This document shows positions 37,352 through 47,213 of a stretch of DNA of 59,505 nt, in pieces (position 1 is the stretch's first letter; every line of letters begins with the position of its first letter). Source of the DNA: Silvanigrellaceae bacterium (GTDB lineage Bacteria > Bdellovibrionota_B > Oligoflexia > Silvanigrellales > Silvanigrellaceae); assembly GCA_049423385.1 (NCBI GenBank), contig JBMSQQ010000007.1:1-59505 (forward strand), written 5' to 3'. The notes under the pieces were generated by a model, which ran no database searches, had not been told where the DNA came from, and saw nothing but the letters and a program-made list of their open reading frames with translations. A program made the translations under genes and the position numbers.

Positions 37352-38736
37352 CGACAAGCCCTCTCTCACCACATTCCGAACAATCCCTGTTCAAGGGAAC
37401 CATGTTATACAGCGGTGCCCATTATTCACTGTGTCCGGTCGAGATTCGCGAGATCTGGGCGCAAGGTTACGCACTGCCTGATGGTCCAGCTTCATTGCGA
37501 CAGAAAATTGCCGAGGCAATGAACAATCCAGGATTTGAAATGGTTGTCATCTCGACCTGCAACCGCTTTGACTTGTGCCTTTTCGGCCAAGTTCGAAAAG
37601 AAGCCGTGATGCAGGTTTTTGTTTCGTTCGCACAATGGACGATCTCACGTATTCCAGCACTTCAGTCAGCGACTTCAAAACACCAAAGCTGGATGAAGGA
37701 CATCGAAAAATGGCTGCGGGTTCTGGCTGATGAACAAGCCCTTCATCATCTGTTTCGGGTGGGTGCCAGCCTGGACTCACTTGTACTTGGCGAGCCACAT
37801 ATTCTGGGTCAGTTGAAAGATGCTTTTCAGCTTGCAATGTCTGGTGGGCAATGCCAACAGGAGGCAACCCTTGCGTTCAATCGGGCATTTCAGGTTGCAA
37901 AACGAGTCCGCTCGGAAACAGATCTTGGAAAAAGCGGAGTCAGCATTGGTCACGCTGCCGTTGAAATTGTCCGCCGAGTCTTCGACAAGCTTGCCAACCA
38001 CTCTTGTCTGATACTGGGCGCAGGCGAAATGGCTAAAATCACTGCACAGCACCTTCATGCCTGCGGTGCGGGCAGCATAACGATCGCAAACAGGACTCTT
38101 GCGAAAGCCCAGCAGTTGGCAGCTGGCATTGCCAATGCGAAGACGATGAGCTTCAGTGAAGGACTGGACAAACTGGGTGAATTTGATGTCGTCATCACCG
38201 CAACTTCAGCTCAGGAATACATCGTCAGGAAAGAGATTCATTCCGACAAGCTCAACAAGCGACGCTCAGGCACCCCAGGTGTACTTGTGGATATCAGTGT
38301 TCCAAGAAACATCGATCCCGAACTGGGCAAACTCAAGAACATCTTTGTCTTTGATGTGGACGACCTCGACAAAGTGATGGAGTCCAGCCGCAAGGCTCGT
38401 CAACAGGCAGCACAGGAAGCCGAATCCATCATTCTGTCCGAATTGTCCGAATTCATTTCCCATCGCAGGCAGCGGGAAAATCTGACCTTCGTTGGCCAAT
38501 TTCACGTCTTGGTCAAGGAAATTGTCCAAAAGGAAATCATCAAGAGCCTGAAAACGAGCCAGGGCATGACCGAAGAACAAATACAGATCACTGCCGAAGC
38601 TGTTGCGAAGAAGCTCGTGGCCCATCCCGCAAGCCTTGCACGAACGGATGCCAGACTGGAAGCAGACAAGGACTCCGTGGGAGAAATCATGCAATACCTG
38701 TTCAATCTTGATAAAAAGACAAGAGGTCTTTCGTGA
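37348..38736 (+). CDS. hemA: Glutamyl-tRNA reductase
   Basis: STCNR, SLDSLVLGEPHILGQ, GAGEMA, DISVPRNID. Confidence 0.95.
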   Translation: MTTSPLSPHSEQSLFKGTMLYSGAHYSLCPVEIREIWAQGYALPDGPASLRQKIAEAMNNPGFEMVVISTCNRFDLCLFGQVRKEAVMQVFVSFAQWTISRIPALQSATSKHQSWMKDIEKWLRVLADEQALHHLFRVGASLDSLVLGEPHILGQLKDAFQLAMSGGQCQQEATLAFNRAFQVAKRVRSETDLGKSGVSIGHAAVEIVRRVFDKLANHSCLILGAGEMAKITAQHLHACGAGSITIANRTLAKAQQLAAGIANAKTMSFSEGLDKLGEFDVVITATSAQEYIVRKEIHSDKLNKRRSGTPGVLVDISVPRNIDPELGKLKNIFVFDVDDLDKVMESSRKARQQAAQEAESIILSELSEFISHRRQRENLTFVGQFHVLVKEIVQKEIIKSLKTSQGMTEEQIQITAEAVAKKLVAHPASLARTDARLEADKDSVGEIMQYLFNLDKKTRGLS

Positions 38737-39833
38737 CTCAAAAAAGAAAAATAACAATTGCGACAAGACGAAGTCCCTTGGCACTCTGGCAGGCCAACAC
38801 CGTGAAGTCCTTGCTTGAACAACGAGGATATCCTGTTGAATTGAACCTGGTGGTCACGAGTGGCGACAAGATGCAACGCGGGGCGCTGGCAGAAGTCTCA
38901 CTCGACGATCCGAATCTTCCCGCACACCTGAAAACGGGAAAGGGTCTTTTCGTCAAGGAAGTGCAGGAAGAAATCCTTTCGGGGCGGGCGGATCTCGCCG
39001 TGCACAGCATGAAGGATCTGCCGGTGGAAACAACCGATGGCCTCTGCATAGCAACGGTGCTGCCGCGAGCCAATCCAGCAGACGTCATCATTTTTTCTCC
39101 ACAGCTTCTTTCGCTCGTTCAGGCCAGGACAAAAACGTCCGGCAATCTTGACGGGCACGTGGATGCAATCCTGGATGGACTGCGTTCGATCTCCTGGCAA
39201 TCGGCAGCTTCCATCGGCACCACCAGTGCAAGGCGCCAACATTTTTTGAAAACCCATTTTGCTCCTGCATCCCTGCCCCTCGTTGTTCTCCGCGGCAACG
39301 TCGACACACGGCTGGCGAGGGTGGCAAACAATGAATTTTCATTCATCATGCTGGCCCGTGCTGGAATCGACAGATTGGAACTCTTTCAGCCTGGCTTCAT
39401 GATGACTCTCCCACCCACTCTTTCAATTCCTGCACCCGCACAGGGAATCGTCGCCATTGAGTGCAGGGAAAACGATCTCGAACTCCACGCAAGCCTTGCG
39501 AAAGTCGGCAATGCCCGAGCATCCCTGCAAGCCGCCTGCGAACGCACCGCGTTGTGGCTCACCGGTGGCAACTGCCACACAGCCCTTGCTGCGTATTTTG
39601 ATGGAACCATTCTCAGAACCTGGGCAGCAAAGGACTCAGAGCAAAAAAACCTCGACTTTTCTTTTTCCCACGAAGAAATCGGGAATCTCGAATTGAAGGC
39701 CAATTCGCTCAACCACACGGATCTTTTCAAGGCCCTGCTGAAGAGCCCGACTGCCGAACGCATGCATGCCGAATTCATCTCCCGGGAATTTCAACACCTG
39801 ATGCCTCTGCGGGACCCTTCAAGATTGACTTGA
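38733..39833 (+). CDS. hemC: Hydroxymethylbilane synthase (porphobilinogen deaminase)
   Basis: ATRRSPLALWQA, KGLFVKE, VHSMKDLP, LRGNVDTRL, GGNC. Confidence 0.95.
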   Translation: MTQKRKITIATRRSPLALWQANTVKSLLEQRGYPVELNLVVTSGDKMQRGALAEVSLDDPNLPAHLKTGKGLFVKEVQEEILSGRADLAVHSMKDLPVETTDGLCIATVLPRANPADVIIFSPQLLSLVQARTKTSGNLDGHVDAILDGLRSISWQSAASIGTTSARRQHFLKTHFAPASLPLVVLRGNVDTRLARVANNEFSFIMLARAGIDRLELFQPGFMMTLPPTLSIPAPAQGIVAIECRENDLELHASLAKVGNARASLQAACERTALWLTGGNCHTALAAYFDGTILRTWAAKDSEQKNLDFSFSHEEIGNLELKANSLNHTDLFKALLKSPTAERMHAEFISREFQHLMPLRDPSRLT

Positions 39834-39846
39834 TTTGGAGCTTGTC

Positions 39847-40626
39847 ATGCTGGCTGTTCGTTGTGGAATATCGCTTGAGCAATTGACGAATCAACGCGGT
39901 CTTTTTTGGCCAGTGCTGAATGCGATCCGCAACGTCTCCTTCACCCGTGATGACTTTATCGCCGCGCTCTCGGATGACTGCAAAATCCATGTTTTTGCAA
40001 GCACCGCTGCAGCAAAACTCTTCGAGCACGAGCTGTCGCTCGCTGAACCGCACATCAAAACGAGCCTGCTGAAAAATCATCAAATCGCCTGCGGCGTTGG
40101 ACCAGCAACAGATCAAGCAGCGCGATCACTGATCGAATCGAGTGCGGTCGGCAGCTGGTCGGTTCCGGAGATGGCAAATAACGGCGAACGCCTGAATGGA
40201 CTCGCATGGACTCTCTCGCGGCTCGAAGCTCTCGGGCTGATTCCTCGCACTTCACTCCACCTCTGGACCAAAAAAAATTCAACTTCGGAAAAAATTCTCG
40301 ACGAATTCAGAAACGCACGGCAGTGGAGGTCATGGGAAGTCCGGACTCATGAAATATATGAACTTTCAAGCAACCCGGATTCGTTGCCCGAAGTGATCCG
40401 TGAGAAGATCGCGACTGGAGAGCAGGTTTGTTTTGGAGTGAAATCGGCCGAGGTTCTGGATGCAACCCTTGAGCGACTCATGCGGAGTTTCAATGTGAAG
40501 AGTCCAGCGAACCTGGATCACTCTATTCATTTCAGCGTCTGGGAGAAAGGCGCACAAAACAGGGCGTGGCAATTGAATTTGCAAGCCCGCCTGGTCCCCT
40601 GGTCGGAATTTGAGGCCTTGCAATGA
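39847..40626 (+). CDS. Probable divergent uroporphyrinogen-III synthase (HemD-like)
   Basis: Position after hemC; about 260 aa; weak motifs VFASTAAA, CGVGPATDQA, HEIYE; GGAG RBS. Confidence 0.5.
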   Translation: MLAVRCGISLEQLTNQRGLFWPVLNAIRNVSFTRDDFIAALSDDCKIHVFASTAAAKLFEHELSLAEPHIKTSLLKNHQIACGVGPATDQAARSLIESSAVGSWSVPEMANNGERLNGLAWTLSRLEALGLIPRTSLHLWTKKNSTSEKILDEFRNARQWRSWEVRTHEIYELSSNPDSLPEVIREKIATGEQVCFGVKSAEVLDATLERLMRSFNVKSPANLDHSIHFSVWEKGAQNRAWQLNLQARLVPWSEFEALQ

Positions 40627-41813
40627 GGAAGCGAGCCTTGATGACAAAAATCAACCTGATAAAAACCTTTGTTTTCGCAAGCACGGCGCTGCCATTTACA
40701 ACCGGATTTGCAATGGACTGGCTGTTCCGCTCGGGGGGAATGTTTGCCGCCGAGGGAGGTCTGCTCACAGGTTCGAAAATTCCAATCAACTCGACGAGTC
40801 AAAAAGAATATGATGATGAGTCAGCGAAATCCGGACTGAGCAAAGCTGCGATCGAAAAGATAAAGACATCAAAACTCTATGGACTCGAGGGATTCGCAAC
40901 CGGCACAGCAGTGTTGGGATACGAAGGCTATTCCAACAACCTTGAGTGGCAAAGCTCGCTGGATCTGAAAGCCTCCGCGGGAGCAGGCAATTCCAGCGGC
41001 CAGTTCTTCAGCCCGGCATTTGATCCTGTTTTTCCCCTTCAGGGACGGGGCGGACGCAATTCCGGATGGTTGGCGGGTGGCGAGTGGAATCTCAACTGGT
41101 TGCCGCTCAACAGCTTGTCGCTTCACACAAAAGCAGGTTTTTTCAATGGTGCTGATTTGTTCAAGCAATCATTTTCAAGGTTTTTGATTGAACCCGATTT
41201 GGAATTCAAGACAGGCGGAATAACGATCAACCCCGGTTTTTCCTGGCAACGGATCCTGAGCCTCGATGCTCTGCCTGCGGCAGATGTCAGCGCTTGGTCA
41301 ATCGATTTGGAGTGGGTCATCAATCGAACAATCCGACTTCAAAACCCCAAAGGGTACCCGCTCATGAAAGTGTGGCGCTCTTCGGCACTCGGCTCTCCAC
41401 TTTTGGTGACAGCCCTGGAGAATGAAGGACGATTTTTTGAAATAAATCTCACGCCTCGTATCAATCTCTCCGGAGGACTTTCGTTCGCATCCCATTTCAG
41501 GAGTGTTTCGGGCAGTGAACAATCGTATATTGCTCCTTCACTCGCTACCGAACTCAATCGCAGAGGTCGTCAACAGAACGATTGGAGACCTCCGGCTGCG
41601 TCGGCGGATTTCTCGAGTCAAAAAATCGAATGGAGAAACAGTCTCAACCAAAAAATCGCGACCAACTGGAACATTTACGGAACCGTGTTGTACACCAACC
41701 AATCGAGCTCATTCACCCAATCTCCAAATTCGAATCTACGCTACAGCGACCTGATCGACTCCGCGAGGGAGTCGTCGTTCCGATATTTTTTCGGTAGCGA
41801 ATTTCTCCTCTGA
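40623..41813 (+). CDS. Hypothetical secreted outer-membrane beta-barrel-like protein
   Basis: Signal peptide (TGFA/M), beta-strand periodicity, C-terminal RYFFGSEF. Confidence 0.6.
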   Translation: MRKRALMTKINLIKTFVFASTALPFTTGFAMDWLFRSGGMFAAEGGLLTGSKIPINSTSQKEYDDESAKSGLSKAAIEKIKTSKLYGLEGFATGTAVLGYEGYSNNLEWQSSLDLKASAGAGNSSGQFFSPAFDPVFPLQGRGGRNSGWLAGGEWNLNWLPLNSLSLHTKAGFFNGADLFKQSFSRFLIEPDLEFKTGGITINPGFSWQRILSLDALPAADVSAWSIDLEWVINRTIRLQNPKGYPLMKVWRSSALGSPLLVTALENEGRFFEINLTPRINLSGGLSFASHFRSVSGSEQSYIAPSLATELNRRGRQQNDWRPPAASADFSSQKIEWRNSLNQKIATNWNIYGTVLYTNQSSSFTQSPNSNLRYSDLIDSARESSFRYFFGSEFLL

Positions 41814-41858
41814 TCTGATTTCGTGGTAGTCTTTGAACAAACCCACGAGGCAAATAAA

Positions 41859-42395
41859 ATGAAACACTCAGAGCTTCTCTGGATCCAGAACATGGCTCGG
41901 CTCGCATGCGGTCAATCTCCGGCCAATCAGCAACCCACTGAAATACTCAATCAAGCCATTGCGTTCTTTCTTGAGGACCTCACAGCCATCCTTCATGGCC
42001 ACGTCAACTATTTCAATGACCTGGTGATGCAGTGCGACAGACCCGAACTTTCAGTCAGGATTTTTCGCCTGGGCGTCCCGCGCAGCGGATTGATGCTTCT
42101 CCGTGGCAAGGAAAAGCTGGTGGTGCAGAACGATGGTTTCCGGCTGCGCATCCGAATCGTCCAGGTTCATGCATACCAAGAGCAGAGCGTGGACGCTTTC
42201 GACGTGGACGCCATCCTCAATCCAGACCATTCAGTGACCTGGATCGCATCCCACGACCGTCAGAGGGTGAACCCCCTGCTGCTGGTCCAGGAGTACCTGG
42301 GCAGGTTCATGGGCCATGGTGCACAGGCATTTTTGCGTCCCAAAGCAGCGGGAGCCAGGCAATCGGGGGCAAATCCCTTGGAATTACAGCCCTGA
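41859..42395 (+). CDS. Hypothetical cytoplasmic protein
   Basis: GAGG RBS before ATG 41859; co-oriented with neighbours. Confidence 0.6.
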   Translation: MKHSELLWIQNMARLACGQSPANQQPTEILNQAIAFFLEDLTAILHGHVNYFNDLVMQCDRPELSVRIFRLGVPRSGLMLLRGKEKLVVQNDGFRLRIRIVQVHAYQEQSVDAFDVDAILNPDHSVTWIASHDRQRVNPLLLVQEYLGRFMGHGAQAFLRPKAAGARQSGANPLELQP

Positions 42396-42483
42396 CTCTT
42401 ACGGAGTTGTTGAATTCACACTCCGCTCTGATATGGTCCGGTGGTTTCTAGACCACCGGACCATTTCTTTTCTGGAGCACGAC

Positions 42484-44913
42484 ATGGAAAAGGTCGCTGT
42501 CAAATCCGACGGGCTTTCGCTTGCCAAGGGCAAACTGACGTTGTCAGGCGACGAAATCATTTCCGATTATCGGGTCGGCTATCGCAGCCGCCTTGCAAGC
42601 CTGACGGGCCGCAAGGAAGTCCTCACCGGAAAAGCAAAATTCGGAATCTTCGGGGACGGCAAGGAAGTCCCCCAGCTCGCAATGGCAAAGGCGTTTCGCG
42701 AAGGTGATATTCGAAGTGGATATTACCGTGACCAGACGTTCATGATGGCCGCAGGGCTTCTCTCCGTGAGGGAGTTCTTTTCTCAGCTCTACGCCGACAC
42801 CAACGTCGACCACGAACCCTCCTCCGCTGGCCGGCAGATGAATTGCCACTTTGGAACCAGAATGCTCGACAGCAACGGAAAGTGGTTGCCAATTGTTGAA
42901 CGCAAGCAATCCTCTTCGGATATTTCACCCACGGCTGGTCAAATGTCCCGTTTGTTGGGATTGGCCTATGCATCCAAGCTCTATCGAAAGGAGCCGGCAC
43001 TCAACAACGCCGGTGGTGGTTTCAGCCGAAATGGCAATGAAGTTGCCTTTGGAACAATTGGTGATGCCAGCACCAGCGAAGGCATCTTCTGGGAAACCCT
43101 GAATGCCGCTGGTGTTCTGCAGGTCCCTCTGGTCATGTCGGTTTGGGATGATGGCTACGGTATTTCCGTTCCACGAGAACACCAGACGACCAAGGGATCC
43201 ATTTCCGAGGCTCTTGCCGGATTTCAATCACGCGGAACCGCAAAAGGCTTCGACCTTCATGTTGTTGCGGGATGGGACTATCCGGCGCTCGTTGAAGCTT
43301 ATTTCAACGGAGTCGAAAAGACCCGCCGGGATCACACTCCATCACTCTTCCACATCGTTGAACTCACCCAGCCACAAGGTCATTCGACGAGCGGAAGTCA
43401 TGAGCGCTACAAATCCAAGGAACGCCTCGCCTGGGAAGAAGATCACGACTGCCTCCGGCGAATGCGGCGGTGGATGATTGAACAGCGCTTCACAACCGAA
43501 ACCGAACTCGATGCGATGGAAAATGAAGACCGGGTGCTGGTGGAAAATGCGCGCAAGGAGGCTTGGGATCTGTATCAGGCCCCTTTGCGGGAGGAGCGCA
43601 CTGCGGCCCTGACAAGACTAGATGCCGTTGTGCAAACAGGTCTACCTGCTTCAACAAAGGTATCCCGCTGCGCAGAAGAACTTCGCTCCGGAGTTTCCCT
43701 CAACAGAAGAACGATTCACAGTTGCCTGCGCAAGGCCGCAATTGCCCTGCGTGGAGAAAACCATCCCGAAGCACTTGCGCTCGTTCAGTTTTCAAACGCG
43801 TACATGGCAACAAACAGGCAACGATACGGGTCTCATCTCTACAGTGAATCCAAAGAGAATCCTGAACTCGTGGAAGGGGTGCCGGCAGCCTATTCCGATG
43901 CATCAGAGTCTGTTGACGGGCGGGTCGTGCTGCTAAAACTTTTTGATCACTTTTTCCGGACCAATCCGAAATTTTTTGCGCTCGGTGAGGACGTTGGCAA
44001 ATTGGGCGACGTGAACCTGGTGTTTGAAGGACTGAATGCAAAATACGGCGATTTGCGAGTCACCGACACTGGCATCCGGGAAGCAACCATTCTTGGCCAG
44101 GGCATTGGCTGTGCCCTGCGTGGATTGCGGCCATTGGTTGATATCCAGTATCTCGATTACCTTCTTTATGCCCTCCAGGTAATGTCGGATGACCTTGCAA
44201 CCCTCCATTTCCGCACCGCGGGTGGACAAAAATCTCCAGTCATCATCAGAACCAAAGGACACAGGCTGGAGGGCATCTGGCACACAGGTTCACCCATTGG
44301 CATGATTCTGAGTGCGATACGCGGCATGTATGTTTGCGTTCCTCGCAACATGACCCAGGCCGCCGGCATGTACAACACCCTCTTTGCCAGCGACAATCCT
44401 GCTCTGGTCATTGAGGTGCTGAATGGCTATCGATTGAAGGAAAAAGTTCCCGACAATCTCACGGAATTCAAGGTTGCATTGGGAAGACCGGAAGTTCTCC
44501 AGGAAGGCAGCCACATCACGGTCGTGACCTATGGTGCATGTGTCCGCGTGGCTCAGGAAGCTGCTGCAGAACTTGCAGAACACGGTGTCAGCCTCGAGAT
44601 TATCGACGTGCAAACCTTGATTCCATTCGACACACAAAAGATCATCACGGAATCACTACAGAAAACCAATATGGTGATTTTTCTGGATGAAGACGTTCCA
44701 GGCGGAGCAAGTGCGTATATGCTCCAGCAAGTCCTCGAGGGGCAAGGCGGATACGAGTGGCTTGACGCACCGCCAAGAACCCTCACAGCTCTTGCGAGTC
44801 GATCGCCCTATGCATCCGATGGCGATTACTACTGCAAGCCCAGTGCCGAGGACCTTGTGGAATTGTCCCTCGAAATGATGCGCGAAAGGTTCGGCCGCAG
44901 CTTTTCGAAGTAA
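42484..44913 (+). CDS. 2-oxoacid dehydrogenase E1, fused alpha/beta (probably branched-chain)
   Basis: GYYRDQ, TPP motif GDASTSEG, GHSTS, GEDVG, DTGIRE, transketolase-like C-domain; GGAG RBS before ATG 42484. Confidence 0.93.
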   Translation: MEKVAVKSDGLSLAKGKLTLSGDEIISDYRVGYRSRLASLTGRKEVLTGKAKFGIFGDGKEVPQLAMAKAFREGDIRSGYYRDQTFMMAAGLLSVREFFSQLYADTNVDHEPSSAGRQMNCHFGTRMLDSNGKWLPIVERKQSSSDISPTAGQMSRLLGLAYASKLYRKEPALNNAGGGFSRNGNEVAFGTIGDASTSEGIFWETLNAAGVLQVPLVMSVWDDGYGISVPREHQTTKGSISEALAGFQSRGTAKGFDLHVVAGWDYPALVEAYFNGVEKTRRDHTPSLFHIVELTQPQGHSTSGSHERYKSKERLAWEEDHDCLRRMRRWMIEQRFTTETELDAMENEDRVLVENARKEAWDLYQAPLREERTAALTRLDAVVQTGLPASTKVSRCAEELRSGVSLNRRTIHSCLRKAAIALRGENHPEALALVQFSNAYMATNRQRYGSHLYSESKENPELVEGVPAAYSDASESVDGRVVLLKLFDHFFRTNPKFFALGEDVGKLGDVNLVFEGLNAKYGDLRVTDTGIREATILGQGIGCALRGLRPLVDIQYLDYLLYALQVMSDDLATLHFRTAGGQKSPVIIRTKGHRLEGIWHTGSPIGMILSAIRGMYVCVPRNMTQAAGMYNTLFASDNPALVIEVLNGYRLKEKVPDNLTEFKVALGRPEVLQEGSHITVVTYGACVRVAQEAAAELAEHGVSLEIIDVQTLIPFDTQKIITESLQKTNMVIFLDEDVPGGASAYMLQQVLEGQGGYEWLDAPPRTLTALASRSPYASDGDYYCKPSAEDLVELSLEMMRERFGRSFSK

Positions 44914-44931
44914 AGCTCTGCGGGAGTACCG

Positions 44932-45402
44932 ATGAAAACATTTTCAATAGCGACTTCAGTGCTGGTGGCGGGGGCGATTTCAATCTCCGCCACAGCGCAA
45001 CAGGACGAAGATGCTTCAGCCAGCAAACTGGTGCTGCAGATTTCAAACATGCGCAATCAGATTGGGCAGATCTGCATCAGCATTTTTTCAGATGAAAACG
45101 GGTTTCCGACAGAAGGCAACAAAGCGATTTATTCGAAATGTCTTGCGAACGTCGAGACTACCGGATCGAAAGATGTCGAAATTGCTTTGCTTCCACCTGG
45201 AAATTACGCACTCGCCATGTTTCATGATGAGAACTCCGACAAGCAACTCAACACGGGGAGTTTTGGCATTCCCCTCGAAGGCTTTGGATTCTCAAACAAT
45301 CCGCGGATTCTTTTTTCTGCGCCGAGTTTTTCCGAGTGCAGCTTTGCAATCAACGACGCAAAGCAAACCACGATTCAAATCAAGGTGAACCACTTCCTCT
45401 GA
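44932..45402 (+). CDS. DUF2141 family secreted protein
   Basis: PPGNYALAMFHDEN...GIPLEGFGFSNNP. Confidence 0.88.
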   Translation: MKTFSIATSVLVAGAISISATAQQDEDASASKLVLQISNMRNQIGQICISIFSDENGFPTEGNKAIYSKCLANVETTGSKDVEIALLPPGNYALAMFHDENSDKQLNTGSFGIPLEGFGFSNNPRILFSAPSFSECSFAINDAKQTTIQIKVNHFL

Positions 45403-46372
45403 GATCACGAATCAAAAAATTCATCAGCATGATGCACTCCCATCCCATGGATTGCTGCCATGGCGCGTATTCCAGATGACGTTCAAAGCTCCACTCGGTG
45501 CGCGATGAAGGTCTGCTCACCGGACACCAGGCCAGCGTTTTGTCGATCACTTCAGGGCGCGCTCCCAGGAACAGATATGCAAAAAATGGGTTTTTAGGCT
45601 GACGCATATTCAAGGTTCGACTGATTGAAGCCAATGCTGAACTTTTTTGGCCCATCGAACGACGGATCTGGGCGTTCACACCCGCCACATGCATTTCGAC
45701 TCCTGTCGGCAAAAACTGCGCGAGGACGAGCGTTAAAACAGAATCCTCAACAACCGCGCTTTTCATTTTTTGATTGGGAGCCAGACCCAAATACTGCCAG
45801 ACGTCATGAAAGAGCATCCAAAGTCCCATATTGAATTCACAACGATCATCCGTGCTCTCGCGACAAAACCTGTCTTCATTTTTTTCAATCCACGACATCC
45901 AGCGGATGGCAAATTCGACATCCTTGGTTGCAACCAGATAGGCCAAAACTCCAAGTGCCATCTCGCGCGAGAAGCTGTTCACCGCATCCGAAGGCAGGCG
46001 ATATTCAGCTCTCCAGACGCGACCATCCGCACCTTGCGAGCGCCTGAGCGCCTCACAACTGAGTTCGTCGCCGGAAAGGCACAGCAATCCGTTGAACAGT
46101 GCAGATTCACCAACATCACAACGTTCCTTGGCAACCGATCGACCGCAGCGCAAAACCCAACTTCCAATCCGGTCGCGGCGGACAAGAAGTTGATTGAATT
46201 GTCCCGGATTGGCGAATCCAGCGGTTTCGAAACCCAAGCTGCCGATTTCGTGCGGTCTGACCTTGCAACCAAAGGTGTTGATTAGAAAAAAAAGTACTGC
46301 AGCCCAAATTCCAGCTCTTTTCAAACAACCAAATCTGCTGCAAAACCTTGCTCTTGAAAGGCCATAAACCAT
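45380..46372 (-). CDS. Hypothetical Cys/Trp-rich helical lipoprotein
   Basis: Lipobox TFGC; GGAGG RBS; 330 aa. Confidence 0.7.
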   Translation of the reverse strand: MVYGLSRARFCSRFGCLKRAGIWAAVLFFLINTFGCKVRPHEIGSLGFETAGFANPGQFNQLLVRRDRIGSWVLRCGRSVAKERCDVGESALFNGLLCLSGDELSCEALRRSQGADGRVWRAEYRLPSDAVNSFSREMALGVLAYLVATKDVEFAIRWMSWIEKNEDRFCRESTDDRCEFNMGLWMLFHDVWQYLGLAPNQKMKSAVVEDSVLTLVLAQFLPTGVEMHVAGVNAQIRRSMGQKSSALASISRTLNMRQPKNPFFAYLFLGARPEVIDKTLAWCPVSRPSSRTEWSFERHLEYAPWQQSMGWECIMLMNFLIRDLRGSGSP

Positions 46373-46391
46373 TCATCCCCTCCATTTGTCC

Positions 46392-46419
46392 CGGTCGGCA
46401 GAGGTTTTGCGAATCTTGA
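46392..46419 (-). promoter_or_regulatory. Sigma28/FliA-like promoter
   Basis: TCAAG-N15-GCCGACCG just upstream of the RBS of the gene starting at 46372. Confidence 0.5.
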
Positions 46420-46494
46420 CTTGCAGGCAGAATCACTTGCCTGGGATCGCATGGGTTGGTAGGCGATCTTCTTGAACAATGCAGGAGGGATGAC

Positions 46495-46764
46495 GTGAAC
46501 AAAGACGAAGTCAAAGGACGAATTCTCGAGGGATTTCCGGGGGCAGAGGTCGTTGTCAATGAATTCAGTGGCGGAAACGACCATTATGCAGTCCTGGTGG
46601 TATCCGACTTGTTTGCGGGCAAGAAGCTGTTGGCAAGACATCGGGCGGTGCTTGACCTTTTCCAGACAGAAATTTCCAGTGGAGAAGTCCATGCCCTGAC
46701 AATGAAACTGCACACCAAAAACGAATGGGAAGTGGAAAAACCCAAACAAATGATGTTCAGCTGA
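46495..46764 (+). CDS. BolA/IbaG family protein
   Basis: DHYAVLVVSDLFAGK.LLARHRAV, VHAL; AGGAGG RBS before GTG 46495. Confidence 0.9.
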   Translation: MNKDEVKGRILEGFPGAEVVVNEFSGGNDHYAVLVVSDLFAGKKLLARHRAVLDLFQTEISSGEVHALTMKLHTKNEWEVEKPKQMMFS

Positions 46765-46784
46765 AACAACAAAAGGAGAATGAA

Positions 46785-47099
46785 ATGAACCAGGAATGGA
46801 AACAAAAAATCGACGAAGACACAAAAAACAACAAAGTTGTCGTGTACATGCGTGGAACTCCCAACCAACCTCGCTGTGGTTTCTCGGCCCGGGTTGTGCG
46901 CGTTTTCAACGAGCTCAACATTCCCTACAAAACCGAAGATATGGATTCGGACCCTGAACTTTGGAAAACATTGGCAGCCATCAACAACTGGCCTACCTCA
47001 CCGCAAATCTATATCAACGGCGAGTTTGTCGGTGGATGCGATATCGTGACTGAAATGTACCGCAGCGGCGAACTCCAAAAAGAACTTGGAATCGGCTGA
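46785..47099 (+). CDS. grxD: Monothiol glutaredoxin (Grx4)
   Basis: PRCGFS, WPTSPQIYINGEFVGGCDI; AAGGAG RBS. Confidence 0.95.
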   Translation: MNQEWKQKIDEDTKNNKVVVYMRGTPNQPRCGFSARVVRVFNELNIPYKTEDMDSDPELWKTLAAINNWPTSPQIYINGEFVGGCDIVTEMYRSGELQKELGIG

Positions 47100-47167
47100 T
47101 TTTAAAGGACTTCCTTGACCCTCAAGAGTCCTTCTTCGAATTTTCCGAAGCTTTCCGGGTCATTCCC

Positions 47168-47195
47168 TCAACTCACCTCTCTCCAGTTCCGATAC
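47168..47195 (+). promoter_or_regulatory. Sigma28/FliA-like promoter
   Basis: TCAAC-N15-TCCGATAC upstream of the GGAG RBS of the gene starting at 47214. Confidence 0.45.
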
Positions 47196-47213
47196 GATGG
47201 ACTGGAGAGAAAC

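Noticed and set aside
42484..44913. Fused E1 without adjacent E2/E3 as a novelty
   Set aside because: Stand-alone fused alpha/beta E1 genes of this type are common.
46396..46411. Sigma54 promoter (GG-N10-GC) for bolA-grxD
   Set aside because: Only a partial match to TGGCACG-N4-TTGC; the same bases fit a FliA-like motif on the opposite strand better.
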